Shown here: positions 27,701 through 42,700 of the stretch, one piece after another | How the letters are laid out: each line of letters opens with the position of its first letter | How positions within the stretch are numbered: position 1 is the stretch's first letter | Source of the DNA: Eledone cirrhosa | Lineage: Eukaryota | Length of the DNA stretch: 64,000 nucleotides | Direction: 5' to 3' | NCBI GenBank assembly: GCA_964016885.1 | Contig: OZ024743.1 | Coordinates: 252,340,001 to 252,404,000, forward strand | Made by a program: the position numbers and the translations under genes | Notes under the pieces: generated by a model | The model's database searches: none | What the model saw: the letters and a program-made list of their open reading frames with translations, nothing else | What the model was told of the DNA's origin: nothing

Positions 27701-30700
27701 CACATTCTTCATGTGTCTCTCTAGTTCTTTAGGGTCACACATGTTTGACACATTCTTCATGTGTCTCTCTAGTTCTTTAGGGTCACACATGTTTGACACA
27801 TTCTTCATGTGTCTCTCTATTTCTTTAGGTTCACACATGTTTGACACATTCTTCATGTCTCTCTCTATTTCTTTAGGGTCACACATGTTAGACACATTCT
27901 TCATGTGTCTCTCTAGTTCTTTTGGGACACACATGTGGGACACATTCTTCATGTGTCTTTCTAGTTCTTTAGGGTCACACATGTTTGACACATTCTTCAT
28001 GTGTCTCTCTTGTTCTTTAGGATCACACATGTTTGACACATTCTTCATGTGTCTCTCTATTTCTTTAGGTTCACACATGTTTGACACATTCTTCATGTCT
28101 CTCTCTATTTCTTTAGGGTCACACATGTTAGACACATTCTTCATGTGTCTCTCTAGTTCTTTTGGGACACACATGTGGGACACATTCTTCATGTGTCTTT
28201 CTAGTTCTTTAGGGTCACACATGTTTGACACATTCTTCATGTGACTTTCTAGTTCTTTAGGATTACACATGTTTGATACATTCTTCATGTCTCTCTATTT
28301 CTTTAGGGTCACAAATGTTGGACACATTCTTCATGTGTCTCTCTATTTCTTTAGGGTCACACATGATTGACACATTCTTCACGTGTCTCTCTATTTCTTT
28401 AGGATCACACATGTTTGACACATTCTTCATGTGTCTCGCTAGTTCTTTAGGGTCACACATGTTTGACACATTCTTCATGTGTCTCTCTAGTTCTTTAGGG
28501 TCACAAATGTTTGACACATTCTTCATGTGTCGCTCTATTTCTTTAGTGTCACACATGTTTGACACATTCTTCATGTGTCTCTCTAGTTCTTTAGGGTCAC
28601 ACATGTTTGACACATTCTTCATGTGTCTCTCTATTTCTTTAGGGTCACACATGTTTGACATATTCTTCATGTGTCTCTCTATTTCTTTAGGGTCACACAT
28701 GTTTGACACATTCTTCATGTGTCTTTCTAGTTCTTTAGGGTCACACATGTTTGACACATTCTTCATGTGTCTCTCTATTTCTTTAGGGTCACACATGTTT
28801 GACACATTCTTCATGTGACTTTTCTAGTTCTTTAGGGTCACACATGTTTGACACATTCTTCATGTGACTTTCTAGTTCTTTAGGGTCACACATGTTTGAC
28901 ACATTCTTCATGTGTCTCTCTATTTCTTTAGGGTCACACATGTTTGACACATTCTTCATGTGTCTCTCTAGTTCTTTAGGGTCACACATGTTTGACACAT
29001 TCTTCATGTGTCTCTCTAGTTCTTTAGGGTCACACATGTTTGACACATTCTTCATGTGTCTCTCTATTTCTTTAGGGTCACACATGTTTGACACATTCTT
29101 CATGTGTCTTTCTAGTTCTTTAGGGTCACACATGTTTGACACATTCTTCATGTGTCTTTCTAGTTCTTTAGGGTCACACATGTTTGACACATTCTTCATG
29201 TGACTTTCTAGTTCTTTAGGGTCACACATGTTTGACACATTCTTCATGTGTCTCTCTATTTCTTTAGGGTCACACATGTTTGACACATTCTTCATGTGAC
29301 TTTCTAGTTCTTTAGGGTCACACATGTTTGACACATTCTTCATGTGACTTTCTAGTTCTTTAGGGTCACACATGTTTGACACATTCTTCATGTGTCTCTC
29401 TATTTCTTTAGGGTCACACATGTTTGACACATTCTTCATGTGTCTCTCTAGTTCTTTAGGATCACACATGTTTGACACATTCTTCATGTGTCTCTCTATT
29501 TCTTTAGGGTCACACATGTTTGACACATTCTTCATGTGACTTTCTAGTTCTTTAGGGTCACACATGTTTGACACATTCTTCATGTGTCTCTCTATTTCTT
29601 TAGGGTCACACATGTTTGACACATTCTTCATGTGTCTCTCTGGTTCTTTAGGGTCACACATGTTTGACACATTCTTCATGTGTCTCTCTATTTCTTTAGG
29701 GTCACACATGTTAGACACATTCTTCATGTGTCTCTCTGGTTCTTTAGGGTCACACATGTTTGACACATTCTTCATGTGTCTCTCTATTTCTTTAGGGTCA
29801 CACATGTTAGACACATTCTTCATGTGTCTCTCTAGTTCTTTAGGGTCACACATGTTTGACACATTCTTCATGTGTCTCTCTATTTCTTTAGGTTCACACA
29901 TGTTTGACACATTCTTCATGTCTCTCTCTATTTCTTTATGGTCACACATGTTAGACACATTCTTCATGTGTCTCTCTAGTTCTTTTGGGACACACATGTG
30001 GGACACATTCTTCATGTGTCTTTCTAGTTCTTTAGGGTCACACATGTTTGACACATTCTTCATGTGTCTCTCTTGTTCTTTAGGGTCACACATGTTTGAC
30101 ACATTCTTCATGTGACTTTCTAGTTCTTTAGGATTACACATGTTTGATACATTCTTCATGTCTCTCTATTTCTTTAGGGTCACACATGTTTGACACATTC
30201 TTCATGTGTCTCTCTATTTCTTTAGGCTCACACATGTTTGACACATTCTTCATGTGTCTCTGTAGTTCTTTAGGGTCACACATGTTTGACACATTCTTCA
30301 TGTGACTTTCTAGTTCTTTAGGATCACACATGTTTGACACATTCTTCATGTGTCTCTCTAGTTCTTTAGGGTCACACATGTTTGACACATTCTTCATGTG
30401 TCTCTCTAGTTCTTTAGGGACACACATGTGGGACACATTCTTCATGTGTCTTTCTAGTTCTTTAGGGTCACACATGTTTGACACATTCTTCATGTGTCTC
30501 TCTTGTTCTTTAGGATCACACATGTTTGACACATTCTACATGTGTCTCTCTATTTCTTTAGGGTCACACATGTTAGACACATTCTTCATGTGTCTCTCTA
30601 GTTCTTTAGGGTCACACATGTTTGACACATTCTTCATGTGTCTCTCTAGTTCTTTAGGGTCACACATGTTTGACACATTCTTCATGTGACTTTCTAGTTC

Positions 30701-33700
30701 TTTAGGATTACACATGTTTGATACATTCTTCATGTCTCTCTATTTCTTTAGGGTCACACATGTTTGACACATTCTTCATGTGTCTCTCTATTTCTTTAGG
30801 GTCACACATGTTAGACACATTCTTCATGTGTCTCTGTAGTTCTTTAGGGTCACACATGTTTGACACATTCTTCATGTGACTTTCTAGTTCTTTAGGATCA
30901 CACATGTTTGACACATTCTTCATGTGTCGCTCTATTTCTTTAGTGTCACACATGTTTGACACATTCTTCATGTGTCTCTCTAGTTCTTTAGGGTCACACA
31001 TGTTTGACACATTCTTCATGTGTCTCTCTATTTCTTTAGGGTCACACATGTTTGACACATTCTTCATGTGTCTCTCTAGGTCTTTAAGGTCACATATGTT
31101 TGACACATTCTTCATGTGTCTCTCTATTTCTTTAGGATCACACATGTTTGACACATTCTTCATGTGCCTCGCTAGTTCTTTAGGGTCACACATGTTTGAC
31201 ACATTCTTCATGTGTCTCTCTAGTTCTTTAGGGTCACAAATGTTTGACACATTCTTCATGTGTCGCTCTATTTCTTCAGTGTCACACATGTTTGACACAT
31301 TCTTCATGTGTCTCTCTAGTTCTTTAGGGTCACACATGTTTGACACATTCTTCATGTGTCTCTCTATTTCTTTAGGGTCACACATGTTTGACACATTATT
31401 CATGTGTCTCTCTAGTTCTTTAAGGTCACATATGTTTGACACATTCTTCATGTTACTTTCTAGTTCTTTAGGGTCACACATGTTTGACATATTCTTCATG
31501 TGTCTCTCTATTTCTTTAAGGTCACACATGTTTGACACATTCTTCATGTGTCTTTCTAGTTCTTTAGGGTCACACATGTTTGACACATTCTTCATGTGTC
31601 TCTCTATTTCTTTAGGGTCACACATGTTTGACACATTCTTCATGTGACTTTTCTAGTTCTTTAGGGTCACACATGTTTGACACATTCTTCATGTGACTTT
31701 CTAGTTCTTTAGGGTCACACATGTTTGACACATTCTTCATGTGTCTCTCTATTTCTTTAGGGTCACACATGTTTGACACATTCTTCATGTGTCTCTCTAG
31801 TTCTTTAGGATCACACATGTTTGACACATTCTTCATGTGTCTTTCTAGTTCTTTAGGGTCACACATGTTTGACACATTCTTCATGTGTCTCTCTAGTTCT
31901 TTAGGGTCACACATGTTTGACACCTTCTTCATATGTCTCTCTATTTCTTTAGGGTCACACATGTTTGACACATTCTTCATGTGTCTTTCTAGTTCTTTAG
32001 GGTCACACATGTTTGACACATTCTTCATGTGTCTTTCTAGTTCTTTAGGGTCACACATGTTTGACACATTCTTCATGTGACTTTCTAGTTCTTTAGGGTC
32101 ACACATGTTTGACACATTCTTCATGTGTCTCTCTATTTCTTTAGGGTCACACATGTTTGACACATTCTTCATGTGACTTTCTAGTTCTTTAGGGTCACAC
32201 ATGTTTGACACATTCTTCATGTGTCTCTCTATTTCTTTAGGGTCACACATGTTTGACACATTCTTCATGTGTCTCTCTAGTTCTTTAGGATCACACATGT
32301 TTGACACATTCTTCATGTGTCTTTCTAGTTCTTTAGGGTCACACATGTTTGACACATTCTTCATGTGTCTCTCTAGTTCTTTAGGGTCACACATGTTTGA
32401 CACATTCTTCATGTGTCTCTCTATTTCTTTAGGGTCACACATGTTTGACACATTCTTCATGTGTCTTTCTAGTTCTTTAGGGTCACACATGTTTGACACA
32501 TTCTTCATGTGACTTTCTAGTTCTTTAGGGTCACACATGTTTGACACATTCTTCATGTGACTTTCTAGTTCTTTAGGGTCACACATGTTTGACACATTCT
32601 TCATGTGTCTCTCTATTTCTTTAGGGTCACACATGTTTGACACATTCTTCATGTGTCTCTCTGGTTCTTTAGGGTCACACATGTTTGACACATTCTTCAT
32701 GTGTCTCTCTAATTCTTTAGGGTCACACATGTTAGACACATTCTTCATGTGTCTCTCTGGTTCTTTAGGGTCACACATGTTTGACACATTCTTCATGTGT
32801 CTCTCTATTTCTTTAGGGTCACACATGTTAGACACATTCTTCATGTGTCTCTCTAGTTCTTTAGGGTCACACATGTTTGACACATTCTTCATGTGTCTCT
32901 CTATTTCTTTAGGTTCACACATGTTTGACACATTCTTCATGTCTCTCTCTATTTCTTTATGGTCACACATGTTAGACACATTCTTCATGTGTCTCTCTAG
33001 TTCTTTTGGGACACACATGTGGGACACATTCTTCATGTGTCTTTCTAGTTATTTAGGGTCACACATGTTTGACACATTCTTCATGTGTCTCTCTTGTTCT
33101 TTAGGATCACACATGTTTGACACATTCTACATGTGTCTCTCTATTTCTTTAGGTTCACACATGTTAGACACATTCTTCATGTGCCTCTCTAGTTCTTTAG
33201 GGTCACACATCTTTGACACATTCTTCATGTGTCTCTCTAGTTCTTTAGGGTCACACATGTTTGACACATTCTTCATGTGACTTTCTAGTTCTTTAGGATT
33301 ACACATGTTTGATACATTCTTCATGTCTCTCTATTTCTTTAGGGTCACACATGTTTGACACATTCTTCATGTGTCTCTCTATTTCTTTAGGGTCACACAT
33401 GTTTGACACATTCTTCATGTGTCTCTGTAGTTCTTTAGGGTCACACATGTTTGACACATTCTTCATGTGACTTTCTAGTTCTTTAGGATCACACATGTTT
33501 GACACGTTCTTCATGTGTCTCTCTGGTTCTTTAGGGTCACACATGTTTGACACATTTTTCATGTGTTTCTCTAGTTCTTTAAGGTCACACATGTTTGACA
33601 CATTCTTCATGTGTCTCTTTAGTTCTTTAGGGTCACACATGTTTGACACATTCTTCATGTGTCTCTCTATTTCTTTTAGGGTCACACATGTTAGACACAT

Positions 33701-36700
33701 TCTTCATGTGTCTCTCTAGTTCTTTAGGGTCACACATGTTTGACACATTCTTCATGTGTCTCTCTAGTTCTTTAGGGACACACATGTGGGACACATTCTT
33801 CATGTGTCTTTCTAGTTCTTTAGGGTCACACATGTTTGACACATTCTTCATGTGTCTCTCTTGTTCTTTAGGATCATACATGTTTGACACATTCTACATG
33901 TGTCTCTCTATTTCTTTAGGGTCACACATGTTAGACACATTCTTCATGTGTCTCTCTAGTTCTTTAGGGTCACACATGTTTGACACATTCTTCATGTGTC
34001 TCTCTAGTTCTTTAGGGTCACACATGTTTGACACATTCTTCATGTGACTTTCTAGTTCTTTAGGATTACACATGTTTGATACATTCTTCATGTCTCTCTA
34101 TTTCTTTAGGGTCACACATGTTTGACACATTCTTCATGTGTCTCTCTATTTCTTTAGGGTCACACATGTTAGACACATTCTTCATGTGTCTCTGTAGTTC
34201 TTTAGGGTCACACATGTTTGACACATTCTTCATGTGACTTTCTAGTTCTTTAGGATCACACATGTTTGACACATTCTTCATGTGTCGCTCTATTTCTTTA
34301 GTGTCACACATGTTTGACACATTCTTCATGTGTCTCTCTAGTTCTTTAGGGTCACACATGTTTGACACATTCTTCATGTGTCTCTCTATTTCTTTAGGGT
34401 CACACATGTTTGACACATTCTTCATGTGTCTCTCTAGGTCTTTAAGGTCACATATGTTTGACACATTCTTCATGTGTCTCTCTATTTCTTTAGGATCACA
34501 CATGTTTGACACATTCTTCATGTGTCTCGCTAGTTCTTTAGGGTCACACATGTTTGACACATTCTTCATGTGTCTCTCTAGTTCTTTAGGGTCACAAATG
34601 TTTGACACATTCTTCATGTGTCGCTCTATTTCTTTAGTGTCACACATGTTTGACACATTCTTCATGTGTCTCTCTAGTTCTTTAGGGTCACACATGTTTG
34701 ACACATTCTTCATGTGTCTCTCTATTTCTTTAGGGTCACACATGTTTGACACATTCTTCATGTGTCTCTCTAGGTCTTTAAGGTCACATATGTTTGACAC
34801 ATTCTTCATGTGACTTTCTAGTTCTTTAGGGTCACACATGTTTGACATATTCTTCATGTGTCTCTCTATTTCTTTAGGGTCACACATGTTTGACACATTC
34901 TTCATGTGTCTTTCTAGTTCTTTAGGGTCACACATGTTTGACACATTCTTCATGCGACTTTTCTAGTTCTTTAGGGTCACACATGTTTGACACATTCTTC
35001 ATGTGTCTCTCTAGTTCTTTAGGGTCACACATGTTTGACACATTCTTCATATGTCTCTCTATTTCTTTAGGGTCACACATGTTTGACACATTCTTCATGT
35101 GTCTTTCTAGTTCTTTAGGGTCACACATGTTTGACACATTCTTCATGTGTCTTTCTAGTTCTTTAGGGTCACACATGTTTGACACATTCTTCATGTGACT
35201 TTCTAGTTCTTTAGGGTCACACATGTTTGACACATTCTTCATGTGTCTCTCTATTTCTTTAGGGTCACACATGTTTGACACATTCTTCATGTGACTTTCT
35301 AGTTCTTTAGGGTCACACATGTTTGACACATTCTTCATGTGACTTTCTAGTTCTTTAGGGTCACACATGTTTGACACATTCTTCATGTGTCTCTCTATTT
35401 CTTTAGGGTCACACATGTTTGACACATTCTTCATGTGTCTCTCTAGTTCTTTAGGATCACACATGTTTGACACATTCTTCATGTGTCTCTCTATTTCTTT
35501 AGGGTCACACATTTTTGACACATTCTTCATGTGTCTCTTTAGTTCTTTAGGGTCACACAGGTTTGACACATTCTTCATGTGTCTCTCTAGTTCTTTGGGT
35601 CAGACATGTTTGACACATTCTTCATGTGTCTCTCTATTTCTTTAGGATCACACATGGTTGACACATTCTTCATGTGTCTCTCTAGTTCTTTAGGGTCATA
35701 CATGTTAGACACATTCTTCATGTGTCTCTCTAGTTATTTAGGGTCACACATGTTTGACACATTCTTCATGTGACTCTCTAGTTCTTTAGGGTCACACATG
35801 TTTGACACATTCTTCATGTGTCTCTCTATTTCTTTAGAGTCACACATGTTTGACACATTCTTCATGTGTCTTTCTAGTTCTTTAGGGTCACACATGTTTG
35901 ACACATTCTTCATGTGTCTCTCTAGCTCTATAGGGTCACACATGTTTGACACATTCTTCATGTGGCTTTCTAGTTCTTTAAGGTCACACATGTTTGACAT
36001 ATTCTTCATGTGTCTCTCTATTTCTTTAGGGTCACACATGTTTGACACATTCTTCATGTGACTTTCTAGTTCTTTAGGGTCACACATGTTTGACACATTC
36101 TTCATGTGTCTCTCTATTTCTTTAGGGTCACACATGTTTGACACATTCTTCATGTGTCTCTCTAGTTCTTTAGGGTCACACATGTTTGACACATTCTTCA
36201 TGTGTCTCTCTATTTCTTTAGGGTCACACATGTTAGACACATTCTTCATGTGTCTCTCTAGTTCTTTAGGGTCACACATGTTTGACACATTCTTCATGTG
36301 TCTCTCTATTTCTTTAGGTTCACACATGTTTGACACATTCTTCATGTCTCTCTCTATTTCTTTAGGGTCACACATGTTAGACACATTCTTCATGTGTCTC
36401 TCTAGTTCTTTTGGGACACACATGTGGGACACATTCTTCATGTGTCTTTCTAGTTCTTTAGGGTCACACATGTTTGACACATCTTCATGTGTCTCTCTTG
36501 TTCTTTAGGGTCACACATGTTTGACACATTCTACATGTGTCTCTCTATTTCTTTAGGTTCACACATGTTAGACACATTCTTCATGTGTCTCTCTAGTTCT
36601 TTAGGGTCACACATGTTTGACACATTCTTCATGTGTCTCTCTAGTGCTTTAGGGTCACACATGTTTGACACATTCTTCATGTGACTTTCTAGTTCTTTAG

Positions 36701-39700
36701 GATTACACATGTTTGATACATTCTTCATGTCTCTCTATTTCTTTAGGGTCACACATGTTTGACACATTCTTCATGTGTCTCTCTATTTCTTTATGGTCAC
36801 ACATGTTAGACACATTCTTCATGTGTCTCTCTAGTTCTTTTGGGACACACATGTGGGACACATTCTTCATGTGTCTTTCTAGTTCTTTAGGGTCACACAT
36901 GTTTGACACATTCTTCATGTGTCTCTCTTGTTCTTTAGGGTCACACATGTTTGACACATTCTTCATGTGACTTTCTAGTTCTTTAGGATTACACATGTTT
37001 GATACATTCTTCATGTCTCTCTATTTCTTTAGGGTCACACATGTTTGACACATTCTTCATGTGTCTCTCTATTTCTTTAGGCTCACACATGTTTGACACA
37101 TTCTTCATGTGTCTCTGTAGTTCTTTAGGGTCACACATGTTTGACACATTCTTCATGTGACTTTCTAGTTCTTTAGGATCACACATGTTTGACACATTCT
37201 TCATGTGTCTCTCTAGTTCTTTAGGGTCACACATGTTTGACACATTCTTCATGTGTCTCTCTAGTTCTTTAGGGACACACATGTGGGACACATTCTTCAT
37301 GTGTCTTTCTAGTTCTTTAGGGTCACACATGTTTGACACATTCTTCATGTGTCTCTCTTGTTCTTTAGGATCACACATGTTTGACACATTCTACATGTGT
37401 CTCTCTATTTCTTTAGGGTCACACATGTTAGACACATTCTTCATGTGTCTCTCTAGTTCTTTAGGGTCACACATGTTTGACACATTCTTCATGTGTCTCT
37501 CTAGTTCTTTAGGGTCACACATGTTTGACACATTCTTCATGTGACTTTCTAGTTCTTTAGGATTACACATGTTTGATACATTCTTCATGTCTCTCTATTT
37601 CTTTAGGGTCACACATGTTTGACACATTCTTCATGTGTCTCTCTATTTCTTTAGGGTCACACATGTTAGACACATTCTTCATGTGTCTCTGTAGTTCTTT
37701 AGGGTCACACATGTTTGACACATTCTTCATGTGACTTTCTAGTTCTTTAGGATCACACATGTTTGACACATTCTTCATGTGTCGCTCTATTTCTTTAGTG
37801 TCACACATGTTTGACACATTCTTCATGTGTCTCTCTAGTTCTTTAGGGTCACACATGTTTGACACATTCTTCATGTGTCTCTCTATTTCTTTAGGGTCAC
37901 ACATGTTTGACACATTCTTCATGTGTCTCTCTAGGTCTTTAAGGTCACATATGTTTGACACATTCTTCATGTGTCTCTCTATTTCTTTAGGATCACACAT
38001 GTTTGACACATTCTTCATGTGTCTCGCTAGTTCTTTAGGGTCACACATGTTTGACACATTCTTCATGTGTCTCTCTAGTTCTTTAGGGTCACAAATGTTT
38101 GACACATTCTTCATGTGTCGCTCTATTTCTTCAGTGTCACACATGTTTGACACATTCTTCATGTGTCTCTCTAGTTCTTTAGGGTCACACATGTTTGACA
38201 CATTCTTCATGTGTCTCTCTATTTCTTTAGGGTCACACATGTTTGACACATTATTCATGTGTCTCTCTAGGTCTTTAAGGTCACATATGTTTGACACATT
38301 CTTCATGTTACTTTCTAGTTCTTTAGGGTCACACATGTTTGACATATTCTTCATGTGTCTCTCTATTTCTTTAAGGTCACACATGTTTGACACATTCTTC
38401 ATGTGTCTTTCTAGTTCTTTAGGGTCACACATGTTTGACACATTCTTCATGTGTCTCTCTATTTCTTTAGGGTCACACATGTTTGACACATTCTTCATGT
38501 GACTTTTCTAGTTCTTTAGGGTCACACATGTTTGACACATTCTTCATGTGACTTTCTAGTTCTTTAGGGTCACACATGTTTGACACATTCTTCATGTGTC
38601 TCTCTATTTCTTTAGGGTCACACATGTTTGACACATTCTTCATGTGTCTCTCTAGTTCTTTAGTATCACACATGTTTGACACATTCTTCATGTGTCTTTC
38701 TAGTTCTTTAGGGTCACACATGTTTGACACATTCTTCATGTGTCTCTCTAGTTCTTTAGGGTCACACATGTTTGACACCTTCTTCATATGTCTCTCTATT
38801 TCTTTAGGGTCACACATGTTAGACACATTCTTCATGTGTCTTTCTAGTTCTTTAGGGTCACACATGTTTGACACATTCTTCATGTGTCTTTCTAGTTCTT
38901 TAGGGTCACACATGTTTGACACATTCTTCATGTGACTTTCTAGTTCTTTAGGGTCACACATGTTTGACACATTCTTCATGTGTCTCTCTATTTCTTTAGG
39001 GTCACACATGTTTGACACATTCTTCATGTGACTTTCTAGTTCTTTAGGGTCACACATGTTTGACACATTCTTCATGTGTCTCTCTATTTCTTTAGGGTCA
39101 CACATGTTTGACACATTCTTCATGTGTCTCTCTAGTTCTTTAGGATCACACATGTTTGACACATTCTTCATGTGTCTTTCTAGTTCTTTAGGGTCACACA
39201 TGTTTGACACATTCTTCATGTGTCTCTCTAGTTCTTTAGGGTCACACATGTTTGACACATTCTTCATGTGTCTCTCTATTTCTTTAGGGTCACACATGTT
39301 TGACACATTCTTCATGTGTCTTTCTAGTTCTTTAGGGTCACACATGTTTGACACATTCTTCATGTGTCTTTCTAGTTCTTTAGGGTCACACATGTTTGAC
39401 ACATTCTTCATGTGACTTTCTAGTTCTTTAGGGTCACACATGTTTGACACATTCTTCATGTGACTTTCTAGTTCTTTAGGGTCACACATGTTTGACACAT
39501 TCTTCATGTGTCTCTCTATTTCTTTAGGGTCACACATGTTTGACACATTCTTCATGTGTCTCTCTGGTTCTTTAGGGTCACACATGTTTGACACATTCTT
39601 CATGTGTCTCTCTAATTCTTTAGGGTCACACATGTTAGACACATTCTTCATGTGTCTCTCTGGTTCTTTAGGGTCACACATGTTTGACACATTCTTCATG

Positions 39701-42700
39701 TGTCTCTCTATTTCTTTAGGGTCACACATGTTAGACACATTCTTCATGTGTCTCTCTAGTTCTTTAGGGTCACACATGTTTGACACATTCTTCATGTGTC
39801 TCTCTATTTCTTTAGGTTCACACATGTTTGACACATTCTTCATGTCTCTCTCTATTTCTTTATGGTCACACATGTTAGACACATTCTTCATGTGTCTCTC
39901 TAGTTCTTTTGGGACACACATGTGGGACACATTCTTCATGTGTCTTTCTAGTTATTTAGGGTCACACATGTTTGACACATTCTTCATGTGTCTCTCTTGT
40001 TCTTTAGGATCACACATGTTTGACACATTCTACATGTGTCTCTCTATTTCTTTAGGTTCACACATGTTAGACACATTCTTCATGTGCCTCTCTAGTTCTT
40101 TAGGGTCACACATCTTTGACACATTCTTCATGTGTCTCTCTAGTTCTTTAGGGTCACACATGTTTGACACATTCTTCATGTGACTTTCTAGTTCTTTAGG
40201 ATTACACATGTTTGATACATTCTTCATGTCTCTCTATTTCTTTAGGGTCACACATGTTTGACACATTCTTCATGTGTCTCTCTATTTCTTTAGGGTCACA
40301 CATGTTTGACACATTCTTCATGTGTCTCTGTAGTTCTTTAGGGTCACACATGTTTGACACATTCTTCATGTGACTTTCTAGTTCTTTAGGATCACACATG
40401 TTTGACACGTTCTTCATGTGTCTCTCTGGTTCTTTAGGGTCACACATGTTTGACACATTTTTCATGTGTTTCTCTAGTTCTTTAAGGTCACACATGTTTG
40501 ACACATTCTTCATGTGTCTCTTTAGTTCTTTAGGGTCACACATGTTTGACACATTCTTCATGTGTCTCTCTATTTCTTTTAGGGTCACACATGTTAGACA
40601 CATTCTTCATGTGTCTCTCTAGTTCTTTAGGGTCACACATGTTTGACACATTCTTCATGTGTCTCTCTAGTTCTTTAGGGACACACATGTGGGACACATT
40701 CTTCATGTGTCTTTCTAGTTCTTTAGGGTCACACATGTTTGACACATTCTTCATGTGTCTCTCTTGTTCTTTAGGATCATACATGTTTGACACATTCTAC
40801 ATGTGTCTCTCTATTTCTTTAGGGTCACACATGTTAGACACATTCTTCATGTGTCTCTCTAGTTCTTTAGGGTCACACATGTTTGACACATTCTTCATGT
40901 GTCTCTCTAGTTCTTTAGGGTCACACATGTTTGACACATTCTTCATGTGACTTTCTAGTTCTTTAGGATTACACATGTTTGATACATTCTTCATGTCTCT
41001 CTATTTCTTTAGGGTCACACATGTTTGACACATTCTTCATGTGTCTCTCTAGGTCTTTAAGGTCACATATGTTTGACACATTCTTCATGTGTCTCTCTAT
41101 TTCTTTAGGATCACACATGTTTGACACATTCTTCATGTGTCTCGCTAGTTCTTTAGGGTCACACATGTTTGACACATTCTTCATGTGTCTCTCTAGTTCT
41201 TTAGGGTCACAAATGTTTGACACATTCTTCATGTGTCGCTCTATTTCTTCAGTGTCACACATGTTTGACACATTCTTCATGTGTCTCTCTAGTTCTTTAG
41301 GGTCACACATGTTTGACACATTCTTCATGTGTCTCTCTATTTCTTTAGGGTCACACATGTTTGACACATTATTCATGTGTCTCTCTAGGTCTTTAAGGTC
41401 ACATATGTTTGACACATTCTTCATGTTACTTTCTAGTTCTTTAGGGTCACACATGTTTGACATATTCTTCATGTGTCTCTCTATTTCTTTAAGGTCACAC
41501 ATGTTTGACACATTCTTCATGTGTCTTTCTAGTTCTTTAGGGTCACACATGTTTGACACATTCTTCATGTGTCTCTCTATTTCTTTAGGGTCACACATGT
41601 TTGACACATTCTTCATGTGACTTTTCTAGTTCTTTAGGGTCACACATGTTTGACACATTCTTCATGTGACTTTCTAGTTCTTTAGGGTCACACATGTTTG
41701 ACACATTCTTCATGTGTCTCTCTATTTCTTTAGGGTCACACATGTTTGACACATTCTTCATGTGTCTCTCTAGTTCTTTAGTATCACACATGTTTGACAC
41801 ATTCTTCATGTGTCTTTCTAGTTCTTTAGGGTCACACATGTTTGACACATTCTTCATGTGTCTCTCTAGTTCTTTAGGGTCACACATGTTTGACACCTTC
41901 TTCATATGTCTCTCTATTTCTTTAGGGTCACACATGTTTGACACATTCTTCATGTGTCTTTCTAGTTCTTTAGGGTCACACATGTTTGACACATTCTTCA
42001 TGTGTCTTTCTAGTTCTTTAGGGTCACACATGTTTGACACATTCTTCATGTGACTTTCTAGTTCTTTAGGGTCACACATGTTTGACACATTCTTCATGTG
42101 TCTCTCTATTTCTTTAGGGTCACACATGTTTGACACATTCTTCATGTGACTTTCTAGTTCTTTAGGGTCACACATGTTTGACACATTCTTCATGTGTCTC
42201 TCTATTTCTTTAGGGTCACACATGTTTGACACATTCTTCATGTGTCTCTCTAGTTCTTTAGGATCACACATGTTTGACACATTCTTCATGTGTCTTTCTA
42301 GTTCTTTAGGGTCACACATGTTTGACACATTCTTCATGTGTCTCTCTAGTTCTTTAGGGTCACACATGTTTGACACATTCTTCATGTGTCTCTCTATTTC
42401 TTTAGGGTCACACATGTTTGACACATTCTTCATGTGTCTTTCTAGTTCTTTAGGGTCACACATGTTTGACACATTCTTCATGTGTCTTTCTAGTTCTTTA
42501 GGGTCACACATGTTTGACACATTCTTCATGTGACTTTCTAGTTCTTTAGGGTCACACATGTTTGACACATTCTTCATGTGACTTTCTAGTTCTTTAGGGT
42601 CACACATGTTTGACACATTCTTCATGTGTCTCTCTATTTCTTTAGGGTCACACATGTTTGACACATTCTTCATGTGTCTCTCTGGTTCTTTAGGGTCACA